The position numbers and the translations under genes were made by a program. A DNA stretch of 37,660 nucleotides from an uncultured Candidatus Saccharibacteria bacterium (lineage in GTDB: Bacteria > Patescibacteriota > Minisyncoccia > JAHIHE01 > JAGLIN01), in assembly GCA_964412905.1 (NCBI GenBank), contig CAYPQL010000005.1:1-37660 (forward strand), in the 5' to 3' direction. Positions 9,881 through 18,627 of this stretch are shown here, piece after piece. Numbering within the stretch: the first letter of the stretch is position 1; each line of letters begins with the position of its first letter. The notes below the pieces were generated by a model. That model saw nothing but the letters and a program-made list of their open reading frames with translations, made no database searches and was not told the DNA's origin.

Positions 9881-10324
9881 ATGAACGGTAAAAAAATAAT
9901 AATAGGTTTGTGCGCAGCACTAATAATTGTTGGTGCCATAATAAGCGCATTTTCCTACACGGGAACAAAAGGGACGGAAAGCAAAAAATTAATTGAGGAA
10001 TGGAAGGTTATGCCAGAAGTTTATTTCGACAACGGGAGCAGGGAGGGCTCGCTGAAGCTTGTAGTGATATTAAATAACAGCGGAAAAACTGACATTAAAT
10101 ATGCATGGATATTGCATATATATGATGAATCTGCAAGAAATTCAAACGGATTTGCTGAAGCATATTTCGGAAATAAAAAGGATTTCATGTATCTATCCGC
10201 TGATTCCTCTGGGAATTTAAGGACTGAATTTGAAGTTCCAAGAAATAAATATCTAAATATTGTCATAAGCTATGGAAATCATTATTATGATGAAACGAAA
10301 TCAATAATTATTTCCACATGGTGA
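9881..10324 (+). CDS. Hypothetical exported or membrane-anchored protein
   Basis: ATG at 9881 lies 7 nt after AGGAGG, and the protein has an N-terminal hydrophobic helix. Upstream TTGACA(9817)-N17-TACTAT; downstream hairpin plus T tract. Confidence 0.7.
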   Translation: MNGKKIIIGLCAALIIVGAIISAFSYTGTKGTESKKLIEEWKVMPEVYFDNGSREGSLKLVVILNNSGKTDIKYAWILHIYDESARNSNGFAEAYFGNKKDFMYLSADSSGNLRTEFEVPRNKYLNIVISYGNHYYDETKSIIISTW

Positions 10325-10385
10325 GTAATAAATTACTCCCATTTTTTTATTTGAAAAATTCTAAGTTATATGTTATCCTATAGCT

Positions 10386-12176
10386 ATGATCAATAATGAA
10401 ATAAAGAAAATTTTGGACGGGGTGGCGGGGGATTTGTATGAAAACATAGAAATTCCCGATTTTGCCGTCCAGTGGCCAAGGCAAAAAGAGCATGGCGATT
10501 ATGCTTCTAATATAGCTATGATTTTGGCTGGAAAGCTGAACAGAAATCCAATGGAAATCGCGAAAGAAATAAAAAATAAAATTGATTTAGAAAAAAATAT
10601 GGAAGCTAAGCTTCCTGTAGGAAGCTTAGCTTCCAAGTCAGATATAAAGAATTTATTCAGCAAAATCACAATTGCTAAGCCTGGTTTTATTAATTTTGAA
10701 ATTGCGAATAAGTATCTAATCAAAAACCTGGCTGAAGTATTGAATAAAAAAGACAAGTTTGGTTCGTCTAATCTGGAAAAAGAAAAAACAGTTGTCATTG
10801 ATTACTCTTCGCCGAACATTGTCAAACCGATGCATGTCGGCCATTTGCGCACAACTATAATTGGCCAGGCGCTTTGCAATATATATAAATATTTAGGCTA
10901 TAAAGTCATTAGCGATAATCATATTGGCGATTGGGGAACACAGTTTGGAAAGCTGATTTACGCTTATAAAAATTGGGGCGACAAGAAAAAGATAGGCAAA
11001 GATCCGATTGAAGAAATGACGAAACTTTATGTGCGGTTTCACAAGGAAGTGCAAGCGAATAAAGAATTGGAAGAACTTGCTAGGATTGAGACAAAAAGGC
11101 TTCAGGATAAAAATGATGAGAATATGAAAATTTGGAAATATCTAGTGAGGGAAAGCTTGAAGGACTTCAATAGGATTTATAAAATTTTGGGTATTAAATT
11201 TGACCAAACATTGGGAGAAAGCTTTTATGATGATATGCTTGCTGGAGTTGTCGCAGAATGTTTAGATCGAAAGATTGCGCAAAATAGCGAAGGCGCCGTT
11301 ATTATCAATCTGGATAAATATAATTTGCCGCCATTCCTGATTAAAAAAACAGACGGAGCGTATTTATACACGACAACGGATCTGGCGACGGCAAAATATA
11401 GAAAAGAAAAATTGAAGGCGGACAAAATTCTTTATGTGGTTTCCAACGAGCAGACATTGCACTTTCAGCAATTATTTTCTTCTTTGGAGTTGTTAGCTTG
11501 GAGCAAGGGCATTGAAATGGAACATATAAAATTCGGAATGGTTTTGGGAGAAGCGGGAAAGAAGTTTTCAACGAGAAAAGGGGAGACTATAAAGCTTGAG
11601 GATATGATAAAAAAATCCATAGAACTGGCAAAAAAAGTTGTGGAAGAGAAAAATCCCAAATTTAGCAACAAGCAAAAGAAAAAAATTGCCAAAATCGTGG
11701 GGCTGGGGGCGATAAAATATAACGACCTGTCTCAAAACAGGCTGACGGATATAACTTTCAACTGGGACAAGATGCTTTCTTTTGACGGAAACAGCGCGCC
11801 GTATTTGCAATATACTTACGCGAGGATAAATTCTTTGGTGGAAAAATATAATAAGCGCTATCCGCTGGACAGGTTTAATCCGTTTGAAAAAACCGATTTT
11901 GATTTGTTGAAGGAAAATATTGAAAAAGACATAATGAGGCAAGAATTGAAATTTCCCGAAGCGATTGAAAACTCGGCAAAAGAAAATTCCCCGCATTTAA
12001 TCGCTTTATATTTATATGAGCTGGCGTCTTTGTATAATAGTTTTTATAACACTTTGCCTATTATTAAATCGGAAAAGAAACTGGCAAAGGCAAGAATTTC
12101 TCTTTCTCTTTCCGCCGCCATCGTCATAAAAAACGGATTAAACTTGCTTGGCATCGAATCGCCGGAAAAGATGTAG
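10386..12176 (+). CDS. argS: Arginine--tRNA ligase
   Basis: HGDYASN, DYSSPN, HIGH-like HVGH, GDWGTQFG, KFSTRKG, YLQYTYAR and a C-terminal EKM. Confidence 0.97.
   Translation: MINNEIKKILDGVAGDLYENIEIPDFAVQWPRQKEHGDYASNIAMILAGKLNRNPMEIAKEIKNKIDLEKNMEAKLPVGSLASKSDIKNLFSKITIAKPGFINFEIANKYLIKNLAEVLNKKDKFGSSNLEKEKTVVIDYSSPNIVKPMHVGHLRTTIIGQALCNIYKYLGYKVISDNHIGDWGTQFGKLIYAYKNWGDKKKIGKDPIEEMTKLYVRFHKEVQANKELEELARIETKRLQDKNDENMKIWKYLVRESLKDFNRIYKILGIKFDQTLGESFYDDMLAGVVAECLDRKIAQNSEGAVIINLDKYNLPPFLIKKTDGAYLYTTTDLATAKYRKEKLKADKILYVVSNEQTLHFQQLFSSLELLAWSKGIEMEHIKFGMVLGEAGKKFSTRKGETIKLEDMIKKSIELAKKVVEEKNPKFSNKQKKKIAKIVGLGAIKYNDLSQNRLTDITFNWDKMLSFDGNSAPYLQYTYARINSLVEKYNKRYPLDRFNPFEKTDFDLLKENIEKDIMRQELKFPEAIENSAKENSPHLIALYLYELASLYNSFYNTLPIIKSEKKLAKARISLSLSAAIVIKNGLNLLGIESPEKM
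10600..10635. repeat. REP-like palindrome in frame within argS
   Basis: TGGAAGCTAAGCTTCCT-GT-AGGAAGCTTAGCTTCCA, encoding MEAKLPVGSLAS. Confidence 0.9.
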
Positions 12177-12199
12177 GATCGAGGTGTGGATAATTTTGA

Positions 12200-12227
12200 T
12201 TGACATATTTTTATAGAGTGATAGGAT
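12200..12227 (+). promoter_or_regulatory. Putative sigma70 promoter with extended -10
   Basis: TTGACA-N16-TAGGAT with TG at 12219-12220. Confidence 0.55.
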
Positions 12228-12232
12228 ATTAC

Positions 12233-12343
12233 CGTGGCTCAGGCGGCAAACTTTTTTAACTAAAACCCCCACTCCCACTCCCCCCTGAAGCCACTAATAA
12301 TTACAGGGCACTTTGCAAAAAAACGCAACAAAAGTGCCTTTTT
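12233..12343 (+). ncRNA. Candidate small RNA or leader RNA between argS and aspS
   Basis: Promoter directly upstream. Stem GTGGCTCAGG/CCTG(A)AGCCAC encloses a C-rich loop and is followed by the terminator GGCACTTT...AAAGTGCC-TTTTT. Confidence 0.4.
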
Positions 12344-12346
12344 AAT

Positions 12347-12374
12347 TTGACTATTTTTGTCATTTTGCTAATAT
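12347..12374 (+). promoter_or_regulatory. Putative aspS promoter
   Basis: TTGACT-N16-TAATAT with TGn. Confidence 0.5.
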
Positions 12375-12419
12375 GTAAGCAGTTGTTTGAAGATAATAAA
12401 TTACAATAAATAATAAAAT

Positions 12420-14249
12420 ATGCAAAAATATAGAACTCATACTTGCGGAGAGCTGGGGAAGAAAGATGAAGGCAAAAAAATCGTTTTGTCCGGATGGGTC
12501 AATTCACGGCGGGATCACGGCGGACTTATTTTCATGGATTTGCGCGACAGGTATGGCATAACTCAAATCACTTTTGATCCGAAATTTTCCAAGGGATCTT
12601 GGGAAATCGCGGATAAAATCAGAAATGAATATGTCATAAAAATTGAAGGGAAAGTAATTTTGCGGCCCGCGGAAATGATAAATCCGAAACTTAAAACGGG
12701 GGAAGTTGAAATTGAAGCGTTCAAACTTGAAATTTTGTCGGAATCAAAAACTCCGCCGTTTGAAGTGAATGACGAAAAGGGGAGCGAGGCTGGCGAAAAC
12801 ATAAGGCTGGAATATAGGTTTGTTGATTTGAGAAGAAAGAAAATGCAAAAAATGCTTCAGACTAAAGATTTGTTTTTCAGGCATATCAGAAAATATTTTC
12901 AAGACAGGAATTTTACGGAAATTCAGACGCCCATTTTGGCAAACTCTTCTCCGGAAGGAGCGAGGGATTTTCTGGTTCCTTCCCGATTATATCCGGGAAA
13001 ATTCTACGCTTTGCCGCAGGCGCCCCAGCAATTTAAGCAATTGTTGATGGTTGGCGGGGTTGACAAGTATTTTCAAATTGCGCCCTGTTTTCGCGACGAG
13101 GATCCGAGAATGGATCGGGCTTACGGGGAGTTTTATCAGCTGGATATGGAAATGAGCTTTGTGGAGCAGGAAGATATTTTTGACATTATGGAGCCGCTGT
13201 TTATGGAACTAACTCAAAAATTCAGCAAGAAGAAAATCGTAAATCTGGATACGAATGGAAAATTTAAAAAAATTCCATGGCGGGAAGCGATGGAAAAATA
13301 CGGAAGCGATAAGCCCGATTTGCGTTTTGATTTGGAAATTAAGCCGATAACCGATCTTGTAAAAGATTGCGGGTTTGGAGTTTTTTCCGATACAGTTAAA
13401 AAAGGCGGAGTGGTTCACGCTTTGAAAGTTGAAGGAGGCGCGAAATTTTCACGAAAAGAAATAGACGAACTTACAGAAATAGCAAAAGCGAAAGGAGCGA
13501 AAGGGCTTGCATACATTAGTATAAAGTCGAAAGTTCATAAAGTTGAAAGTAAAGATGTGGAAACTTTTGAGTTGCAGTCGCCGATTGTGAAATTTTTGGG
13601 GGATGAATTGAGCAATAAAATAGTCGCTAAAGTCGGCGGCAAGGAAGGGGATGTAATATTTTTCGGCGCGGATGAATGGAGAACTGTTTGCGTTTCTTTA
13701 GGAGCGGTGCGAAACGAATGCGGATCAAGGCTTGGGCTTAAAGACAATTCCAAAGCGGCTTGGTGCTGGGTGGTTGATTTCCCGATGTATTCCTATTCCG
13801 ACATAGAGCCGGGAAAAATTGATTTTGATCACAATCCTTTTTCTATGCCTCAAGGCGGGATGGAAGCGCTGGAGAAAAAAAATCCGCTGGAAATCTTCGC
13901 TTATCAATATGACACAGTTTTGAACGGCTTTGAAACTTCCAGCGGGGCGATTCGAAATCATGAGCCGAAAATTATGTATAAAGCGTTTGAGATTGCTGGC
14001 TATAAGAAAGAAGAAGTGGACGAGAAATTCGGCGGAATAATTAAAGCGTTCCAATATGGCGCCCCTCCCCACGGCGGCTGCGCTCCGGGCGTGGATAGGA
14101 TATTAATGGTCCTAAACGACTGGGACTCAATCCGCGATATTTACGCCTTCCCCAAAGACGGTCGCGGCAGAGACCTAATGATGGACAGCCCGAATTCGGT
14201 CAAGGAAAGCCAGTTAAAGGAGTTGCATGTGAAGGTGAGAGGAATTTAG
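12420..14249 (+). CDS. aspS: Aspartate--tRNA ligase (bacterial type, possibly non-discriminating)
   Basis: YRTHTCGEL, RRDHGG, PEGARDFLVP, CFRDED, YGSDKPDLRF and YGAPPHGG. His in RDHGG and the nearby gatB are consistent with a non-discriminating enzyme. Confidence 0.97.
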   Translation: MQKYRTHTCGELGKKDEGKKIVLSGWVNSRRDHGGLIFMDLRDRYGITQITFDPKFSKGSWEIADKIRNEYVIKIEGKVILRPAEMINPKLKTGEVEIEAFKLEILSESKTPPFEVNDEKGSEAGENIRLEYRFVDLRRKKMQKMLQTKDLFFRHIRKYFQDRNFTEIQTPILANSSPEGARDFLVPSRLYPGKFYALPQAPQQFKQLLMVGGVDKYFQIAPCFRDEDPRMDRAYGEFYQLDMEMSFVEQEDIFDIMEPLFMELTQKFSKKKIVNLDTNGKFKKIPWREAMEKYGSDKPDLRFDLEIKPITDLVKDCGFGVFSDTVKKGGVVHALKVEGGAKFSRKEIDELTEIAKAKGAKGLAYISIKSKVHKVESKDVETFELQSPIVKFLGDELSNKIVAKVGGKEGDVIFFGADEWRTVCVSLGAVRNECGSRLGLKDNSKAAWCWVVDFPMYSYSDIEPGKIDFDHNPFSMPQGGMEALEKKNPLEIFAYQYDTVLNGFETSSGAIRNHEPKIMYKAFEIAGYKKEEVDEKFGGIIKAFQYGAPPHGGCAPGVDRILMVLNDWDSIRDIYAFPKDGRGRDLMMDSPNSVKESQLKELHVKVRGI

Positions 14250-14301
14250 GGAGTGTAAAAAATAATTAGATAAAATAATAAAAATATTTAATCTTAATTT
14301 T

Positions 14302-14772
14302 ATGAGTTATCTCTTTTTAACTTTTATATCTATAATTACCATATGGCTTCATTGGCATTATTATAAATATAAAATATTTAATCCTTATTCTTTTAATTTA
14401 CCACCAATTTATCGCTCAAATAATGGTATATTAATGATTTTTATATCAAAAGCTTTATTGTTTGGCATAATTGCTACATTTTTTAATTTATATTTGGTGT
14501 TAATCATATTTATTTTCTTTCAGATATTAAAACTTGTTGCTTTTAAAAAAGTATTAAAACGCGAAACAAAAGAATTCTATATTTATCTTGGTAAAAAAAT
14601 GCTTGGGAAAAATGAAGCTTCAAAAGATCTTATAGACAATGAATTAACTAGAGAAAAAACAAAAGAGGTTGAAAAAGAGGCAAAGGAAACAGCTACAAAT
14701 GCAATTTTTAAATATAGAAACAAAAAATTATCAGGATCATTTTTAGATAAGATTTTTTATTATATCGTCTAA
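14302..14772 (+). CDS. Hypothetical membrane protein, very AT-rich
   Basis: 156-aa ORF with 2-3 hydrophobic segments; no recognised motif. Confidence 0.6.
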   Translation: MSYLFLTFISIITIWLHWHYYKYKIFNPYSFNLPPIYRSNNGILMIFISKALLFGIIATFFNLYLVLIIFIFFQILKLVAFKKVLKRETKEFYIYLGKKMLGKNEASKDLIDNELTREKTKEVEKEAKETATNAIFKYRNKKLSGSFLDKIFYYIV

Positions 14773-14928
14773 TAAAATACGTGAGATTTGGCATTTGTTC
14801 CTCAGTATCGTTGGAATTTATGTCTTGAAATTTTAAAAAGAAACGTTGCCTCATCTATTTTATTGTCAAAATTATTTAATAAGAGACTTTGATGTGTTGA
14901 AAAAATATTAACTTGCTTTAGCAACCGC

Positions 14929-14968
14929 GAGATTGCTTCGTCGCCCTGATGGTCTCCTCGCAATGACA
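14929..14968 (-). repeat. TGTCAT-family hairpin arm (TGCGAG subtype), solo
   Basis: Reverse complement reads TGTCATTGCGAGGAG...GCGACGAAGCAATCTC. Confidence 0.9.
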
Positions 14969-15106
14969 ATTTTTTTACAATAGCAAATTAAATAACAACA
15001 AACCCGTTCTGTCATTGCGAGGAGTATCAACGACGAAGCAATCTCAGGCTCAAGAAAACAAATCAGCCTTGCGGTTATTCGCGAATAATCAATCTTAAAA
15101 TCATCC

Positions 15107-15397
15107 ATGAAATCAAAGCAATATTATTTTTATATAACGATCAACAATTCAAACACAGTTACCTATGCCGGCGTTACTAATGATTTGAATAGGCGAGTTT
15201 ATGAGCATAAAAATAAACTGATTAAAGGATTTACTTTTAAATATAACATTACTAAGCTTGTTCATTACGAAGTTTATAATAATATAATTGACGCTATTGC
15301 TAGAGAAAAGCAAATAAAAGGCGGTTCAAGAAAAAAGAAAATTGATTTAATTAAAAAAGAAAATCCAGAATTCAGAGATTTGTCACTGGAATGGTAA
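15107..15397 (+). CDS. Small stand-alone GIY-YIG nuclease (UPF0213-like)
   Basis: YFY...TYAGVTNDLNRRVYEHK...KLVHYE...AIAREKQIK..SRKKKIDLI...NPEFRDL. Confidence 0.9.
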   Translation: MKSKQYYFYITINNSNTVTYAGVTNDLNRRVYEHKNKLIKGFTFKYNITKLVHYEVYNNIIDAIAREKQIKGGSRKKKIDLIKKENPEFRDLSLEW

Positions 15398-15409
15398 TGT
15401 GAGAGATTG

Positions 15410-15440
15410 TCCGCCCAAGGCGGATCTGCCTAGTGCATGA
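15410..15440 (+). repeat. 31-nt double-hairpin insertion element
   Basis: TCCGCCCAAGGCGGA-TCTGCCTAGTGCATGA interrupts GAGATTG|CTTCGTCG, which is intact at 14929. Confidence 0.85.
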
Positions 15441-15536
15441 CTTCGTCGCTTTGATAAGCTCCTCGCGATGACAATTTCTTACGACAACAAATCAAAAAAT
15501 TATTTCCAAAATTAAAAACCATAAAATTCCAAAACT

Positions 15537-17114
15537 ATGCCAAAATATGAACCGGTAATCGGGATGGAGGTGCATATGGAACTGAAGACGAGGTCAAAGA
15601 TGTTTTGCTCGTGCGCGAATAATCCCGATGAAGCGCAGCCGAATAAAAATGTTTGTCCGATTTGCATGGGGCATCCGGGGACGCTTCCGGTTGCGAACAA
15701 AAAAGCGATAGAATATACGATTAAAACCGCGCTGGCTTTGAATTGCCAGATCGCGGAGCATTCCAAATTTGACCGTAAAAACTATTTTTATCCCGACCTT
15801 CCTAAAGGCTATCAGATTAGTCAATATGATATGCCGTTGAGTAAAAATGGCTATCTTGAAATTTATATGCCGGAAGATAAAGAACTAAAAAAATCCCAAA
15901 TCCCAAATCCCAAATCCCAAACAAACCCCAAATTACAAATTACAAATTACAAATTACAAGCTACTAAAAAAATAAACATAACCAGAATTCATTTGGAAGA
16001 AGACACAGGAAAGCTTATTCATCCTGCTGGCGCGGATTATTCTTTAGTTGATTTGAATCGCGCGGGAACGCCGCTTATGGAATTGGTGACGGAGCCGGAA
16101 ATAAAATCTTCGGAAGAGGCGAAGGAATTTTGCAAACAGCTTCAGTTGATTGTAAAATGCCTTGGAGTTTCGGACGCGGATATGGAAAAAGGGCATATGA
16201 GATGCGAGGCGAACATCAGCATAAAGCCCGTCGGTCAAAAAGAACTTGGGACAAAAGTAGAAGTTAAAAATCTGAATTCTTTCAGAGCGGTTGAGCGATC
16301 AATTGAATATGAAATCAAAAGACAGGCTGAAGTTTTGGACGATGGCGGAGAAATTATTCAGGAGACGCGCGGCTGGAACGCGGATAAGCAAGAGACATAT
16401 TCGCAGAGAAAAAAAGAGTCGGCGCATGACTATCGCTATTTTCCCGAGCCCGACTTGCCGCCGCTGGATTTAACTAAAAAGGCGGGAATGTTTGACATAG
16501 AAAAAATAAAAGAGAGTATTCCCGAATTGCCTTTACTCAAAAAATATCGTTTTATAAATCAATATAAATTATCAGAGGAGAACGCGCGGATATTTTCCGA
16601 AGACAAAGAGTTGGCGAATTATTTTGAACAAATCGTGTCGGAATTGCGAGCTTGGGTTTTGGCGAAAGGAATTGATGGAAATCGCTTAGATAAGCTCACA
16701 AAGCTTGCGGCAAATTATATTTTGACCGAGCTTCAGAGATTGCTTTATGTTGAAAATAACGCGGTATCATGCTGTAAAATTACCGCTGAAAATTTCGCTG
16801 AGTTTATAACGCTTATTGACGAAGGAAAAATTTCCAGTTCCGGCGCGCAAACAATGCTGGCTGAAATGTATAAAACAGGAGGAGATCCGTCAAATATCCT
16901 TGATGAAAAAGGGCTGGCGCAGGTGAGCGATGAAAGCGAGATTGAAAAAATTATTGGCGAGGTTATAAAAAACAACCCCAAGTCAGTCGGGGATTATCAA
17001 AATGGCAAAGATGCGGCGCTAAAATATTTAATCGGGCAAACGATGAAAGAAAGCAAAGGAAAGGCGAACCCGAAAATGGCGGAGGATATATTGAAAAAAA
17101 AGCTGAAATTATAA
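15537..17114 (+). CDS. gatB: Asp/Glu-tRNA amidotransferase subunit B
   Basis: IGMEVH, FDRKNYFYPDLPKGYQISQ, HLEED, NRAGTPLMELVTEP, YRYFPEPDL and GKANP. Confidence 0.97.
   Translation: MPKYEPVIGMEVHMELKTRSKMFCSCANNPDEAQPNKNVCPICMGHPGTLPVANKKAIEYTIKTALALNCQIAEHSKFDRKNYFYPDLPKGYQISQYDMPLSKNGYLEIYMPEDKELKKSQIPNPKSQTNPKLQITNYKLQATKKINITRIHLEEDTGKLIHPAGADYSLVDLNRAGTPLMELVTEPEIKSSEEAKEFCKQLQLIVKCLGVSDADMEKGHMRCEANISIKPVGQKELGTKVEVKNLNSFRAVERSIEYEIKRQAEVLDDGGEIIQETRGWNADKQETYSQRKKESAHDYRYFPEPDLPPLDLTKKAGMFDIEKIKESIPELPLLKKYRFINQYKLSEENARIFSEDKELANYFEQIVSELRAWVLAKGIDGNRLDKLTKLAANYILTELQRLLYVENNAVSCCKITAENFAEFITLIDEGKISSSGAQTMLAEMYKTGGDPSNILDEKGLAQVSDESEIEKIIGEVIKNNPKSVGDYQNGKDAALKYLIGQTMKESKGKANPKMAEDILKKKLKL
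15891..15957. repeat. In-frame heptamer tandem repeats within gatB
   Basis: (AAATCCC)x4-AAAC-AAACCCC-(AAATTAC)x4, encoding KSQIPNPKSQTNPKLQITNYKLQ. Confidence 0.95.
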
Positions 17115-17198
17115 TTTTAGGTCAAATAAACAAACAATAATAAAGTTTGGAAATTGTAAATTAGAAATTAAAAATTAGAAATTAAAAATTTCTATCCT

Positions 17199-18107
17199 AT
17201 GTCCACTTATAAAACGCAAGGGATAATTATAAGGCGAAGCAATTTTAGCGAAGCGAGTTTGATGCTGAATATTTATACGAAGGATTTTGGGAAGATTGAA
17301 GCTGTCGCGAGAAGCGCGCGGAAGGCGAAGGGAAAGCTCAAGGGGCATCTTGAGCTTTTTTTGCTGGCGGATTTGATTTTGGCAAACGGCAGAAGCATTG
17401 ATACGATCACGAGCAGCGCGGCGGCGGAGAGTTTTTTGAATTTGAGGAATAATTTGGAAATTTCGTTCGGGGCGTATTATATCATAGAACTTGCGGACAG
17501 GATGACGATTGAAGGACATAAGGATGAGAGAGTTTTTCATTTATTAAAAAAAACGCTGTTGTTTTTGGATGGATTGGCGAGTGAAAATAATTCTTTACTT
17601 ATCAAAACCCCCCAACCACCCTTATCAGGGGGGCAACTAGATAACGCTATTATAAATAGATATTATCTCTCCATTCTCATTTTCCAAATCCACATCCTAA
17701 CCCTCTCGGGGTTTTCGCCGGAGCTTGATAAATGCGTTGTCTGCTCCAAGCCGATAATGCCGGGAGAAAATTATTTCAGTTTTTCCCGCGGCGGAGTTGC
17801 GGGACGGGAGTGCGGTTTGCGAAAAGAAACTAAGCATTCTATAGGACGCTTAGCTTCCTTAGTTCCGATCAGCGACAATACCATCAAACTTCTTCGTTTG
17901 TTTCAGTTTAAAGGCAATAATAAATTAGGAAATAAAAATAGCCTTCCCGATAAGGGGGGTTGGGGGGTTGAAAAATGTTTTGAAATTATCCGCAAATTGA
18001 AAGCCGATGAAAAATTAGTCTTGGACGCGGTTTTTCTGATGAATAAATTTATTGAGTTTAATATTGAAAAAAAGGTGAAGGGGGTTGATTTTATAAAAGT
18101 TTTGTAG
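17199..18107 (+). CDS. recO: DNA repair protein RecO with three repeat-derived insertions
   Basis: N-terminal OB fold (KTQGIII...EAS..L.IYTKDFGKI.A.A.SARK), GFSPELDKCVVC zinc-site motif and FS...GG. Confidence 0.9.
   Translation: MSTYKTQGIIIRRSNFSEASLMLNIYTKDFGKIEAVARSARKAKGKLKGHLELFLLADLILANGRSIDTITSSAAAESFLNLRNNLEISFGAYYIIELADRMTIEGHKDERVFHLLKKTLLFLDGLASENNSLLIKTPQPPLSGGQLDNAIINRYYLSILIFQIHILTLSGFSPELDKCVVCSKPIMPGENYFSFSRGGVAGRECGLRKETKHSIGRLASLVPISDNTIKLLRLFQFKGNNKLGNKNSLPDKGGWGVEKCFEIIRKLKADEKLVLDAVFLMNKFIEFNIEKKVKGVDFIKVL
17606..17634 (-). repeat. G/C-run REP-like repeat in recO, copy 1
   Basis: Reverse complement GCCCCCCTGATAAGGGTGGTTGGGGGGTT matches 17941-17969 at 25/29. Confidence 0.85.
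17825..17858. repeat. Degenerate copy of the argS palindrome in recO
   Basis: AGAAACTAAGCATTCTATAGGACGCTTAGCTTCC, 28/34 identical to 10601-10634. Confidence 0.8.
17941..17969 (+). repeat. G/C-run REP-like repeat in recO, copy 2
   Basis: GCCTTCCCGATAAGGGGGGTTGGGGGGTT, encoding LPDKGGWGV. Confidence 0.85.
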
Positions 18108-18131
18108 TATCTTTTAAAAAGGAGGTATTAA

Positions 18132-18320
18132 ATGGAATTTGTTAAAAAAAATAAAGGGCTCTTAGCTGTAATTGCTATATTCGTTGCAGTTGTAATATTG
18201 GCAGCTATAACGCCAGAATCATGGACGATAACAAAACCTATCGTAGGATGGATTTTGCTAGCCTTTGCATTTATAGTTGTTGCTGGAGTGATATTGCTAT
18301 ATTTTATGACACGGCAATAA
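18132..18320 (+). CDS. Small two-TM hypothetical protein
   Basis: AAGGAGG SD, two hydrophobic helices, then the hairpin AACACAGTC/GACTGTGTT plus a T tract. Confidence 0.7.
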   Translation: MEFVKKNKGLLAVIAIFVAVVILAAITPESWTITKPIVGWILLAFAFIVVAGVILLYFMTRQ

Positions 18321-18456
18321 ACATCGCATAAACACAGTCAACCAAAAAACAGACTGTGTTCTTTTTTTGGACAAAACGGCGGATTTTCGGTATGATATGA
18401 TTGTATTGCAAAATATTTCATACAAACTGTTCTAGAACTTAAAAAAACAAAATTTT

Positions 18457-18541
18457 TGTCATTTCGAGCATCAGCGAGAAATCTATAAACTTTAGATATT
18501 TCTATAATTTTTAGATTTCTCGCGAGGCGCTCGAAATGACA
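18457..18541 (-). repeat. TGTCAT-family inverted doublet (TTCGA subtype)
   Basis: TGTCATTTCGAGC..GAGAAATCT-N28-AGATTTCTC..GCTCGAAATGACA. The spacer is a near reverse complement of the spacers at 24711, 25120 and 28601. Confidence 0.95.
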
Positions 18542-18556
18542 ATTTTAGAAAGCCTG

Positions 18557-18582
18557 ACCCTCGGCTAAAGCCGGGTAGAAAT
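18557..18582 (-). repeat. 26-bp hairpin repeat, copy 1
   Basis: Exact reverse complement of 25002-25027. Confidence 0.9.
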
Positions 18583-18627
18583 TATTATCCAACAATCCAA
18601 CAATCTAACAATACAGCAATAAAATAT

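Larger units (their letters stand above)
15010..15473 (+). mobile_element. Putative element: GIY-YIG gene enclosed by inverted TGTCAT-family arms
   Basis: Left arm 15010-15045 is TGTCATTGCGAGGAG..CGACGAAGCAATCTC. Right arm 15403-15473 is GAGATTG[31-nt insert]CTTCGTCG..CTCCTCGCGATGACA. Confidence 0.55.

Noticed and set aside
9709-10350. Integrative element at tRNA-Lys
   Set aside because: No integrase and no duplicated tRNA 3' end seen; only one orphan ORF follows.
12233-12343. T-box riboswitch upstream of aspS
   Set aside because: No T-box consensus (GGTGG.ACC) and too short for stem I. Kept only as an unclassified RNA candidate.
14908-15108. Minus-strand 66-aa ORF next to the GIY-YIG gene
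   Set aside because: It is largely a translation of two repeat arms and has no RBS or protein motif.
18457-18541. TGTCAT doublets as integron attC sites or simple terminators
   Set aside because: They lack RYYYAAC/GTTRRRY ends and U-tracts, lie between core genes in both orientations, and no integrase is present.
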